Below are positions 31,150 through 44,340 of a stretch of 64,000 bases of DNA, in pieces. Below the pieces are notes generated by a model that made no database searches, was not told where the DNA came from, and saw nothing but the letters and a program-made list of their open reading frames with translations. The stretch's first letter is position 1; every line of letters begins with the position of its first letter. Both the position numbers and the translations under genes were made by a program. This stretch comes from the human T2T-CHM13v2.0 reference genome, Homo sapiens, in the NCBI RefSeq assembly GCF_009914755.1, contig NC_060934.1, one strand, 5' to 3'.

Positions 31150-32600
31150 ACATACTTCTGTATATGTTTCTACATTCAGTGGTCACATTTTATCCCACGC
31201 TGTAAATTCACTGAAATGTATTTATAAAAGCCATTGTATGGATTCTTCTTAATACACTGATATTTTAAGCAGCGCTCAAAAAAGAAATTGTGTGTATGTT
31301 TCCTTATTTTCTAAAAATATCTTAATGTAATAGAATTGATCACCAACAGGCATATACAATTTTTTAAATATGGTACTTACCACCAAATTGTCTATTTGAA
31401 AAGTCATCTGCAACTTAAACTTTAAGCAGCAGTATAAATATCACTGCTCTTTATCCTCATAAACTTTGTGGATAGAAAACAGTATTTGATTCCTGTTTTA
31501 ACTTAAATGCCTTCTCTAACGAGGAACACTAAATATTGTTTCCTGTGTGCATAAGTCACTTGCAGATCTAGAAGAAGGAGTTTGCCCAATTTTAAATTAG
31601 AGGCAAAGTACTTTTCTTAGATCTGCAATTTACATCTCTAATTTAAATTGCCCAATTTTAAATAGAGGATTTTTTTGTTGATTTGAGTGAATTCTCTGTA
31701 AAATGAAGATTTTTAAATCTGCTATATATACACACATGCACATACATGTGTAGTAAATATTTTACAAGTATGCTGCCTTTTATTTTTTCTCAAATGCAGG
31801 GTAATTTTTGTTTTGCTAAATTAACCTTCACAATGCTTATTTCTGAGAGTCTTAGAAAGGTTTTGTCAACATAAAAATGTATCTGTGTAAATAGGCATTT
31901 ATATTTTCTTCTGATTTTTTTTCATTTTGTATATTAAAAATTTTTAATCTATATTCCATCAGGAACTTATTTCTTTTATGTACTGTAACTTTGGCATTTT
32001 TTTCTAGAGATCATCAAACCCAAGAGAGTCTAGATTTTCTCCTGTTATTTTCCAGAAGTTTTATAGTTTTGTATTTGACATTTAGGTCCGTGATTCATTT
32101 TGACTTAATTTTTGTGAGAAGGTAAGATCTGATTCATTTTTTTTACATGTGGGTATTCAGTTGTTCCAGCACCACTTTCTGAAGAAACCAACCTTTGTTT
32201 CATCATGTTGCCTTTACTTTTTCATCAAAGATTAATTAAATATATCGATGTGTCGCTATTTCTAAACTCTCTGTCTTGTTTCATTAACCTGTCTATTCTT
32301 TCATCAATATGATACTGCCTTGATTACCGTAGCCTTACAGTAAGTCTTGAAGTTGAGTAGTGCCTGTCTGTCCTCCAGCTTTGTTCTCCTTCAATATTGT
32401 GTTAGCTATTCAAGGTCTTTTTCTTCCCCATATAAGCTTTAGAATTACTTTTTCTATATCCATAAAATAATTTGCTTCCATTTTGATTAGAAGTGCATTG
32501 AATCTGTACATTGGTAAGAAATGACATCCTGATGATACTGAGTTATTCTATTCATGAATATGATGTATCTTCTCCATCTCTTCAGTTCTTTTTTTATTTC
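31150..32600 (-). mobile_element. Old L1M fragments
   Basis: cagttgttccagcaccactttctgaaga...gtaagtcttgaagttgagtagtg...gcattgaatctgta is antisense L1 ORF2-like. Confidence 0.7.
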
Positions 32601-32994
32601 CATCATCACATATGGACAGTTTATGAAATTACATAACTCCCTCTACCTTGACCAAAGGACAGTGATGAATTCCTCGTTCTGCAGCCAACAAGTCACCTCT
32701 GAGGGCCATGTGTCTAAACATAGACAGGAGGGTAAGAAAATGATAAAGACATCCTGGGAAAAATAGGAAATTCGAGAATCAGCAACTGTGTCTAAGTAAC
32801 TCCTTTCCATTTCCCCAGGACACCTGTTGCTTCAGCCAACACCTGCTGGCATGTGCTGAGGATGCTGGTGCTGCTGGCTTTCCCAGCCCTGCCCCCGGGG
32901 CTGCTTTGGGTGTGTGCCTCTTGACTTTAGTGAGAATGTACTTTTTCATCCCTACCATGGGTGAAAAGTTTTCACAAATAAAAACTTTTTAAAA

Positions 32995-33235
32995 TAATGC
33001 CAACTTTTGTATTAGATAGAGGTGCTGCGTGTGCAGGTTTGCGTGTGTCTTTTTGGTAGAATGTTGTATTTTCTTTTGGGGATATTCCCAGTAATGAGAT
33101 TGCTGGGTCAATTAGTAGCTGTGTTTTACATCTTTTGAGAAATCCCCAAACTGCTTTCCACAGTGGCTGACCTAATTTACATTCCCAGAGACAGTGAATA
33201 GGAGTTTCCTTTGCAGCCTCGCCAGCATCTGTTAA
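32995..33235 (-). mobile_element. L1P/L1MA fragment
   Basis: ORF 32972-33268(-) contains HCLWECKLGQPLWKAVWGFLK...DPAISLLGISPKE, the L1 ORF2 C-terminal motif. Confidence 0.82.
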
Positions 33236-34163
33236 CAAATGACCACTTTTATTCCAGACATAGATCATCTGTTAGTTTTGATTTTAGCACATCCTCTGAA
33301 GAAGATAGTGTTTTTCACAACCAAAGATGATTTCACCTTCCAAACGTGTTTTTTTTTTCTCATTTTCTGATGGCATGCGGAACTTTCTGTCTGCATCAGT
33401 TTGGGTATAAGTTAAGAGCATTGTACCTTGAAGTGTCCCATCTCACTGTTCCCATGCAGTGTTCTGTCCCAGAACTCTTCACTAGCTTTTTACCCCTGTG
33501 GGCCCAGTAGGGAGAGGAGCCCCCCAGAAAGTCTTTCACCAGGCAAGTGACGAACTAAAGAATTACACAATCATGTGTGACTGTTCTCAAAGCTCCCAAA
33601 CATAGAAAGGGGGACAGTTGCAGGCAATACAGCTTTATTAATGGCAGTAACATCTCAGCTCAGCAGGAAACATACTGTGGGCTATGAGAACAGGTTACAA
33701 TGAATATTGAGGCAGAAAAAGTCACATTAATCACATATTAGCCCCAAAATGCTCTTGCTCAAATGGTAACTGTCCTTCCTGCACATGTGGCAATACCAGA
33801 CTTGCAGAAAGCACACGTGGTGAGAGACAAAGCCTGCTGCCTGTCTGTGAGCTTCAGTGCCCAATGAGACGCAGCAAGCTTTCGCCTCTTCTTTCTACAC
33901 TCCTGCTTTTATTGCACAGTACTTTTTTACATATGTTTTATTCCATTTTTGAATGTTGTATTCCATTGGTCTTTCAGACTAATGATGAAACAACACAACA
34001 CAATTTTAATTTCCAAGTCTCTACAATATTTTAAAGGGGAAGTCACTCTCTTTTAATTCTCAGACTTTTCATGGATATTTTAATTTGTTTGCTCTTCTTT
34101 ACAATAAAATTTCTATATCCAGAACACAGATGTTATCTATATTGGAGTTAAAATCAACTTATT

Positions 34164-34547
34164 TTATTTTTTTTATTTTTTGACTTTTATTTTAATCTCA
34201 GGGGCACATGTGCAGGATGTACAGGTTTGTTACATAGGGAAATGTCTGTCAGCAGGGCGGGGTTGTTGTACAGATTATTTCATCACCCAGGTGTTAAGCC
34301 TGGTGTCCATTAGTTTTTTTTCCCGATCCTCTCTCTCCTTCCACCTTCCACCCTCCGATAGGCCCCAGTGTGTGTTGTTTCCCTCTATGTGTCCATGTGT
34401 TCTCATCATTTAGCTCCCACTTACAAGTGAGAACATGCTGTATTTGGTTTTCTGTTCCTGAATTCCTTTGCAAGATAATGGTCTCCACCTCCGTCCATGC
34501 CCTTGCAAAGGTACATATACACCATGGAATACCATACAGCCATAAAA
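34164..34547 (-). mobile_element. Short L1PA insertion with 5' inversion (twin priming)
   Basis: Antisense L1PA 3' UTR to ~34510, then the sense segment gtacatatacaccatggaataccatacagccataaaa. 15-bp TSD taaaatcaacttatt at 34149-34163 and 34543-34557. Confidence 0.9.
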
Positions 34548-35277
34548 TCAACTTATTAATTAAAGTACTTTTGATGTCTTAATAATGTTGACCCTGCCTA
34601 ATCATGTAATGTCATAATTTTTCATTTATACAAATCTATTTTTAGGTTTTTAAGAAACATTTCGCACCAATTCCATACTAATTAAATTATTTTAAATAAT
34701 TTTCTTTAAAATGTTGGCATTATCTCTTTTCCATCTATGAACACAAGACATTCTCATTAATTCAATTAACATAATTTGTTGTGTTAATGAATTTCCTAAC
34801 GCGATGAGTCTCACCTGCATTTCTGGAATAAATGGACTTCCTAATGATCTAATATTTTAAAGGGTTGGCACAATGGTTTTTAACATTCAAAAATTTTACT
34901 TTCATATTAATATGCTCTAATTATGTATAATACTCCATGCGGCATCAAACAAGTAAAGTTATCATATCAGTTTTTTTCATTTTTAAAATAGTTCAGTTTT
35001 ATTCTGCTAGTACCATAAAAACAATGTAAACACAAGCGCTTTGTACATCTTTCTGGTGAATTCACATAATGCTTAGTTCCCTGATCCTTTGACCTCCTCG
35101 TCTTCTCCAGTTATTTTCTGTTTGAACCACTGGCCTCAGGAGTGGAGTAGGTTTGGTGCTTAGGAGAGAGCAATGTGGCTTTTTGGTATGACTCGTTTGC
35201 CCTCTCAGCACACTCCCGTTACTCCTAACACAAAGCTTGAGGTTTAAGTCCTTAAACCTGTAGGTTTCACCATCAGC

Positions 35278-35281
35278 TTTT

Positions 35282-35360
<79 letters not shown>

Positions 35361-35503
35361 CTTTCTTTCCTTCCTTCCTTCCTTCCTTCCTTCCTTCCTT
35401 CCTTCCTTCCTTCCTTCATTTCCTCTTTCTTTCTCTTTCTTTCTTTCTCTCTCTCTTTCTCTCTCTCTCTTTCTTTCTTTTTTCTTTTTCTTTTTTTTCT
35501 TTT
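35278..35503. repeat. (TTTC)n/(TTCC)n/(TC)n compound microsatellite
   Basis: Directly visible polypyrimidine repeat. Confidence 0.97.
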
Positions 35504-36053
35504 CGCATAGGCATTACTAGGGATGTGAATGGGAGACTGGTGTAGAAAGTGCTGAGGAGCCGAAGCCAACAAATTGCTTTAAACACAAGATGAAAATGCT
35601 CTGTTCCATCCACACAAAGAATCACCTAATACTGGTGTGAGGCATCTCACTTAGCTGTGGAGGAGTCCTTGGAATTAGATCTCAGAAAGACAGTTCTGGC
35701 TTTAAGACAGTAAAACCTTTTGGCAATGGGCCAATTGCCTTGAAAAAAAAAAAAAACCAGAGTTCTACTTTAAAGACCTTGCAAGTGGAGAATTGTCCTA
35801 CAAAGATTCTTGGAAATGTTAACAGAGATAACTGACATGGGTAACTGGGGGCCAACCAGGAACTGTCAACAGCCAGATCTCAGCAAACACAGGACAGCCA
35901 GTTAATAGTTCCTTCAGTTCTCTGATGACCACAAATGTAATTTTATTTTATTTAGCCTTGTGGAGGTTCTGCAACAAATGTAATTTTAAAGGAATTGGGA
36001 GCCAGAAAGATAAATGCAACTCCTTCAACTGTGTGACACGGCAGACTGATTAA

Positions 36054-36795
<742 letters not shown>

Positions 36796-39700
36796 TAGCT
36801 AATCTCTCTAACACACATGCCTTTCATTGGATAAAACTGGCTAGGCAGACTAATTACACCTTCCTGTGTAATACAAGCCCCTCCCTGGCTTGTATAGTTG
36901 CCTTCCACTTGTGACAAGTGCTATGAATTTTCCTTTTTAGGAAGTGATACACAATTTTTTTCTTGAACAGGATTTTTAACTCAAAATAATGAGATAGTGT
37001 AAACATCATGACAATTCTGGAATGTCTGAAGTTTGAGATAAAGATTGTCTAAGAAAAGCTAAGATTGTCTTAACTGTTTATATGTGGTATCTGGAACATG
37101 GGCATCAGGAATCAAGTGATGCCACTGCTACTGGGCAGAGTTTTCATATTTTATCTAAACAAATGACACTGACCTACTTTAATAAAATTTCAGAAAAGCC
37201 ATCTGGAATCAGCCCCATCATGTCCAGATTGGAAGGTGTTTGGGGACCAATGAAACATACCAGAAATACTTTTCTTCCCCCAAAACAAATGTAATGAATG
37301 TCAAAGTATTGATACTAATTTAGATTGTGAATACATATTAAGTTTTGCTTCATTGATTGTAGCACTGGCAGCTGTTTTGCAGAACACTGCATATTAAACT
37401 GTAGGCAGCTGACAACAAATATCAGCGGAAGGGGATATTTAAAAGCCAGTTAAATTAATCATTGTTTTTTAGGAACCTGAGTCACGATTAATCCCCTGGA
37501 GCTTTTACAGACAGACCCTTGCCAAAAATCTCCCAGAAGGAACATCTGTAGGCTATTTTGTTTTGAGATGTAAACCCATCTGTGATGTCTTGCTGACATT
37601 TTAGATTATATATACAAGTCCTATAATGAATAGCATTCACAAAATTTGTGAAGCAAAAAAATTAAAATTGTTCAAAAGCCTGATTTTTGCTGGCAAAGTT
37701 TATCCATGAGAACATAGCAATTAGCCCCTTACCCCTCCAAAAGAAACCCTACAACCCTAAAACCAATCCAAATTGTGTAATTTAGAAGAAATAGGTTTTC
37801 AGTGCCTACGACTGAAGAGTTCATTAAGGTTTTGCAGCTGGAGGTTTTAAAAAATCCCACTTTTCGAAACTATCTGACGATCAAGGGCACAGAGACTAAC
37901 GTAATGCTGATTCTCACTGGCGCAAACAGCTTGTGGATTGCATAGGCCACCACAAAGGTACTTGTGCCTGCTGCCATTTTTGACTGTACGAGGGACTCTT
38001 TAAATCCGAGTTTCAGCAGGACTGCAGACATGTCCACACCACTTGACACAACCATGTAAAATATGACCAAGGAAATGAATGAGATTCCAGTGTACAACGA
38101 CACGCCAACAGTGTCATATTCTTGAAAAATCTTTTTCAGTTGCTGTGACTTGCTTTGCTTTTTCTCCTCTGTGCAGCTGACGCTGCTGCCTGTTCTCTCC
38201 GTGGCCTGGCTGAGGTCCTGGCTGCCGCGGCAGTCCCCACGGCTGTGCGGAGCAGCCGGGCATCTGGCCTGGGCAGGAGCAGGGCCAGGGCCAGGGGCAG
38301 CGGGGCACAGGGGGTGGTCGCGCCCAGGAGCCATGTGGCGCAAGGCCGGACCCAGGCGCCCACCCTGCCTGCCGGGCCCAGCCCCGCCAGCAACACGGCC
38401 ATGGCGCGCAGCTGAGCTCTGCCCATATCACTTTTATATCCTTCCTGGAAACGATTGGGAAGATTGGTTACTTTATAACTTTTAAATAGTTTAAGAGTAT
38501 TGGTATATTAATTAGTTCATGAGTAAAATTTTCTTCTGGACAATATAAATTTGGTGCTCTCTTGTGCGGAAAACAAATCTTTAATAAATGTTGTTTTTTC
38601 TATGAATATTATTTAATTTAGCATCTCTATCTCCGTAAGTATCTAAAAATACATATTCCTAGACTATATATGAGCCACATTTTAATGTTAATTTGCATCG
38701 AATCACACAATTTTGTCCCTATTTTTCATTTTAATATTTGTCTTTAAGTTCTTCTCTGCACTGTAACCTGTTGACACCTCCTTCTCAAGCTCTTTGTGTG
38801 GTCCCATCTATTTACAATTCACTAATAGTTTGGCTCAGGAATTTGGGGGTTAACTGCAGTCAGATTTTCAGCAGAGGCAGATCTCAGGGAAGCACGGAAT
38901 CCGGTAAGAGACATGTGCTTTGCTGTCAGTATCTCATGTCTCAGACTCGGCATCTCCTGTTCTCTCCATGTGAGCCCCTATCTGCCTCCAGGGATCATGG
39001 AAAAACAGAGCCTCTCCCATTTTCATGTCTTTGAAGATGCTTGGTAGAAAGTTGTCATTTTTTTTGGTAATTGGAAACGAAGACAAAGTTTTTCCAAAAT
39101 AATTTTAAGTCATCAAATATGTACTGTCCTTGTGTCTACAAGTGAGATGACAATTGTAGTTCTCTGGGGAAGTAAAGTCACAGGATCACAAGCCCATATC
39201 TCAGACCTCTATGCACTCATCGGCTGTTGTGAACATAAACCTGAGCCCATTGTCCCAGCAGCAGAAGGAAATCAAGCAAGTAGTTTATATTTCAGTCTGT
39301 GGGCAGAGTCTATTGTCTGTGGATCAATAGACAGAATACGTGCTCTTTTCTGGAAAAAAAATTCTGGGTCACGAACTGACCAGGGACAAATCCATTCAGG
39401 AAAGAGGAAATAATTACAGAGTCGTGAGTTAACCTGTGTGGAAATAACGGATGTCCAAGATCATAAACCAATTCATAACTGTTCCTAAATGAATTGTATG
39501 TAATTCTCACTGATGTCATTGTTGGATTTTGATGTATGATGCCACAGAATTTGTTTTCTGAAGGTTCTCTAGTATAATTTGAAAATTAATCTGATAGCTG
39601 TTCTATCTTTTCTACAGGAGTTGACACATTTCTAGGATTAGTAGAGGTAGTTCTAAAATACCTCCATCCCTGTAATAATGTATAAGATGTAGCTGATTGA

Positions 39701-39829
39701 TTTTATTTTATTCAGAAATAGCAAATATATATAAGCTTTATACGTACTTTGTGTATATTTTGTATTTAATGGAGACTGATTTAGTGGTGACAGAAAACAA
39801 CTGGTATCTGCAAATTATGATTAGACTAT

Positions 39830-40670
39830 TTTTCTTTTATTATTTTTCGTTTTTAACTTTTGTGGGTGCACAGTAGGTGTCTATATTCGTAAGATTCATG
39901 AGATGTTTTGATGATGTGAAATGTGAAATAAGCACATCATGGAGAATGGGGTATCCATTCCCTCAAGCATTTATCCTTTGTGTTACAAACAATTTAGTCA
40001 CACTTTTGAAGTCTTTTAAAAATGTACAACAAAGTTATTATTGACTATAGTCACCCTGATGTGCTATCAAATAGTAAGTCTTATTTATTTTTCTGAACTT
40101 TTTTTTTTACCCACTAACCATGCCCACATCCCAAGCTCTCCACTGCCGTTCCCGGTCTCTGGTAACCATCCTTCTATGCTCTCTGTTCATGAGTTCAGTT
40201 GTTTTGATTTTTAGATCCCACAATTAAGTGAGAACATGTGATGTTTGTCTTTCTGTGCCTGACTTATTTCACTTAATTATTTCCAGGTCCACCTATGATG
40301 CTGCAAATGACAGGATCTCATTCTTTTTAAGGCTGAATAGTACTCTGTTTTGCATAAGTACCACATTTTTTAATCCATTCATCTGCTGATGGACACTTAG
40401 GTTGTTTTTAAATCTTAGCTATTGTAAACAGTCCTACAACAAACTTAGGAGTGCAGGTATCTTTTTGATATACTGGTTTCCTTTCTTTTGGATGTATACC
40501 CAACAGTGGGATTGCTGATTCATACGGTAGCTCAATTTTTTGTTTTTTGAGGAACCTCCAAACTGTTCTCCATAGTGGTTGCACTAAACTACATTCCCAC
40601 CACCAGTGTCCAAAGGGTTCCCTGTCCTCCACATCCTCGCCAGCATTTGTTACTGCGTGTCTTTTTAGCC
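39830..40670 (-). mobile_element. L1MA 3' end
   Basis: ORF 40408-40677(-) [39 protein letters not shown], plus an L1MA-type 3' UTR. Confidence 0.9.
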
Positions 40671-40702
40671 AGGGCAAGCAGCTAATATTCCTGGCTTTGA
40701 AC

Positions 40703-40996
40703 TTTTTTTTTTTTTTTTAGACAGAGTCTCACTCTGTCGCCCAGGCTGGAGTGCAGTGGCTTGATTTCGGCTCACTGCAACCTGTCCCTCCAAGTTCAAG
40801 CAATTCTCCTGCCTCAGCCTCCCAGGTAGCTGCGATTACAAGTGCCTGCCACTGCACACAGCTAATTTTTTGTATTTTTACTAGAGATGGGATTTCACCA
40901 TCTTGGCCAGGCTGGTCGTGAACTCCTGACTTCATGATCCACCCGCCTTAGCTTCCCAAAGTGTTGGGATTACAGGCATGAGCCACTGCGCCCAGC
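40703..40996 (-). mobile_element. AluS
   Basis: Full Alu flanked by TSD ctggctttgaac. Confidence 0.95.
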
Positions 40997-40999
40997 TGG

Positions 41000-42997
41000 C
41001 TTTGAACCTTTTTAAACCAATGGTACTCCTTCAAGTGACTCACCAAATTCAGTAGGCCTTAACTAAGGTTATGGCTTATTTGAGGTTGCACATGGAATCT
41101 CCAAAGAGGTGCAGACCAGTCCTCGCAAGATCCAGAACCACCCCAAAGACAGCCCAAGGAAAGGAAAGTTTTGCTACCTGCAAATAGGATACAACTCACA
41201 TCTCTAGGGCGTCAACTTCTCAGCTGACCATCTACACACAAAGGCCCTAAATCTCTGTGTGCCCCCACAGACAGAAAAAGACGAGAAATAAAAAGATGGA
41301 AAAAATAGACACTGGGACCCACTTGAAAAGGGAGGGGAGGAGAATGGTGAGGGTTAAAAAGCCTACCTCTTAGATTCTATGCTCACTACCTGGGTGATGA
41401 AATCATTTGTACACCAAACCTCAGTGACATACAATTCACCCATGTAGCAAAACAGCACATGTACACACTGAACCTGAAATAAAAGTAAAAAAAATATATG
41501 TCCATTGGAGGGAAAAGGATGGATAACAAATGGTCCCCCAAAAGATAAAAATCACACAAATATCCAACCAAAGTGACTAATTCCCCACCAAGACTCAAAC
41601 CCAGGCTACGGCAGTGAAAGGATGGAATTTTAACCAGGCTGCAAGGTGCAGTGGCCAGCACTGCAAATTCTGCAGGAGATTCACAGCAGGCACTTTGAGC
41701 ATACGAAAACTTTAAACTTTGCTTTGGGCCAGATTTTCATTCTTTAATTTAGTCAAAAGAATTTCTAAGGCTAGCCATGAAACCACCATGAGTCTTTACT
41801 TTAAATTAATCTTTCCATAAATACAAATGAGGCAACTGTTTAGAATAAGAGATCTCTTTTTCTAAATTTAGGAGTCTTTCTGACATGAAGGATCAGTTTT
41901 CTAACCAGTAATGATTAGAATTTCCAATGGTGAACTTATTTCAATAGTGACTCTGTCCAGCAAGCCTGTTCATGAAAAGCCCAGAAGGCAATTACACAGG
42001 TTTAAAATAACTTTTACCATATAAGCAAAAGGTATTCCTGGAGACAGCATAGATGAGGCTAATGATCCTCAAAAAATTTACTCTCAGAAATAGGCTTAAG
42101 ATGGCAAGAGCTCTTGTTGCCACAGATGGTTAAGAATGGTGTTTGTGCACATAGTACCTCCAGTAACCCACAAATTACTGGGGGACTGCCAATCACGGAT
42201 GCCTTAATCTGTGATACCAGGGAGGCCCTCCTGAAAGTGTACTTTCCCAGGACTAACCGGGCAACAAGCGTTCATATGACAGAAGCCCCATAGGGATAGG
42301 ACTTCTTAAGACAAACTCTCCTGAGAGCTTGACACATTTGAAACAAAAAGTGTGCTGCCTAAAAACTGATGTGTCTGAGGTCCCCAGCCAATTTTAGACT
42401 GGCCACTGGATGGGACCCAAACATCACACTTCTCAGATGGTGGAGACCAACTGTGCTCCCACTTGGTTAAAAGCCAAGCTCTCAAGGACATGAAACAAGA
42501 TCGGAGGGAAACTTCATGTGGTTTTATTTGGGGAACAAATAGTAAAGTTTGCCTGAATAGACACCAGTCTGATCAGAGCCGTAAATCTGACCAGTCTTCA
42601 GAGGTGGCTCGAAATCGTGTTTCTAGGGGTTCTGGACCCCTGTTCTATTCTGAGGTGCCCTTCTTTATGACAGTACAACCCAGAGAGACAAACAGAGAGT
42701 GAGAGACTATTTCTAGGAGGAAAAGGGATCAAACAACATGATTATTCATGCCAAAGACTACACAAGAGTCGCTACATGCACGACTAGTCACACAAATCTT
42801 TTTCTTCCACTAATCAGGATTTTATGGAGAAAGAAAAGACAACAGTTTTCACCACCTGCTCAAACAGATTCCACACAGAGGCCGGCAGCCTGGCTGGTAA
42901 GAATTTCTTACTCTTCTGCCAGCTGCTCCGGTCCTGGGTTCTCTTGGCTGCAGCTTCCGGAAGAGCAGGCTTCGGTATTCTGCTCACAGCCACAAAA
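41000..42997 (-). mobile_element. ERV1 (MER4-group) internal leader remnant, with an L1 3' end nested at ~41300-41495
   Basis: Abuts the LTR through a PBS-like ttttgtggctgtgagcag on the - strand; non-coding MER4-int-like sequence. Confidence 0.6.
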
Positions 42998-43386
42998 TGA
43001 TAGAGCACAAGGGAGCACTTCCCCTTTGCGCTCTAAAGTTTCACTGAAAAATCGACTGGCCAAGTGCAGATTAAGAGGAGAAATGGCATGCAGGGCTATT
43101 GATGTGCGCAAGGGAGAACCATAAAGTGCTGACCCCAACCTCCAATAGTGCTTAGCACAGCTACCACCTAGAGGCCACGGAAACAATGGGGGCTCACAGC
43201 ATGGCCAGAAACAAGTGATGGCAAGATCAGGTTATAGTGGCAAGGCAGGCTATAAGAGAGAAGAGAAGGCCCGGCTTGCAAATGAGGTCTTGTTATATAG
43301 ATGATACTTTACAGCCAACAGCCCTCAGAGAGGGTAGATGGTAGAGGTTCCTTTAAAAGTGGGGTGAAATATTTGTATTTACTTCA
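42998..43386 (-). mobile_element. ERV1 LTR (MER65/MER67-like)
   Basis: TG...CA termini; - strand begins tgaagtaaatacaaatatttcacccca. Confidence 0.6.
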
Positions 43387-44087
43387 CTGTGCTAGCCCAT
43401 AGTATCCTCATCTCTTCTTAGAAGCTCAGGTAGGTAGCGGCTAGATAGGACTGGAATGAAATACTAATGAATTGTACTGGGTCCTGCAGTCTTTTGAAAT
43501 CTCTCTTTTCCCTAAAACAGCCAGGCAACACTCTCTGACCTCTCCTTTGGTGGGAGACTGACTTCTCCCAACCACGAAGGGAGGAAATGGTCCTGGTGCT
43601 CGAAGTCCAGTGTGCAGCTGCATCTTCCTGCTGGACCAGAAGATCAACACTGGGTGGGGTCCCAGGGTTTTAAAATCACTGATCTGGAGAAACAGTGAGG
43701 CTCAGTCTGTCAATCAGAGTGTTTTACACATAGAGGGCGCCAGCCAAAATATAACTAGAAATAAACCGATACACACACATGTTAATGTGTATATTTTAAA
43801 ATATATAAAGAAATATATACCACATGTAAATATATGGTAAACATATAAGTAAATAAGAATTAAAATAGAGATATTTACACATAAAGTATGTGATGCTGTC
43901 TTTTATTCTGAGGTGGTGTTTCTTCATGTAGGTGAGAGGCAACTTATGTATATATAACTAGAGATACTACATATAATTACATGTATGAACATGTATTCCT
44001 CTGTATATATAAAGATAAATATTTATTTATTAAAAAAACATAATCCCCAAATCTCACATAATCACACATGTCCCTCCTGCCCACCGT

Positions 44088-44340
44088 AGATGCAATTCCA
44101 CATTCCCTGGAGGATCTCACATACACACAAACACACACATGCACACACACACACACACACTTCCATGTTCACTGGAGGATCTCACATAAACACACACACA
44201 CACACACATGCACACACGCACACACACAGATGCACTCCCAAGTTCCCTGGAGGATCTCACATAACACACACACACACGCACGTACGTGCACACACACACA
44301 CACACATACACACGCAGATGCACTTCCATGTTCCCTGGGA
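44088..44340. repeat. Minisatellite, ~4 copies of agatgcacttccatgttccctggaggatctcacata(ca)n
   Basis: Units start near 44088, 44160, 44228 and 44316. Confidence 0.85.

Noticed and set aside
29334-34150. Search for ANKRD30-like exon 1 and its promoter
   Set aside because: No GC-rich exon with an IHxAASxG-type motif; the intron-1-like sequence ends in L1 fragments.
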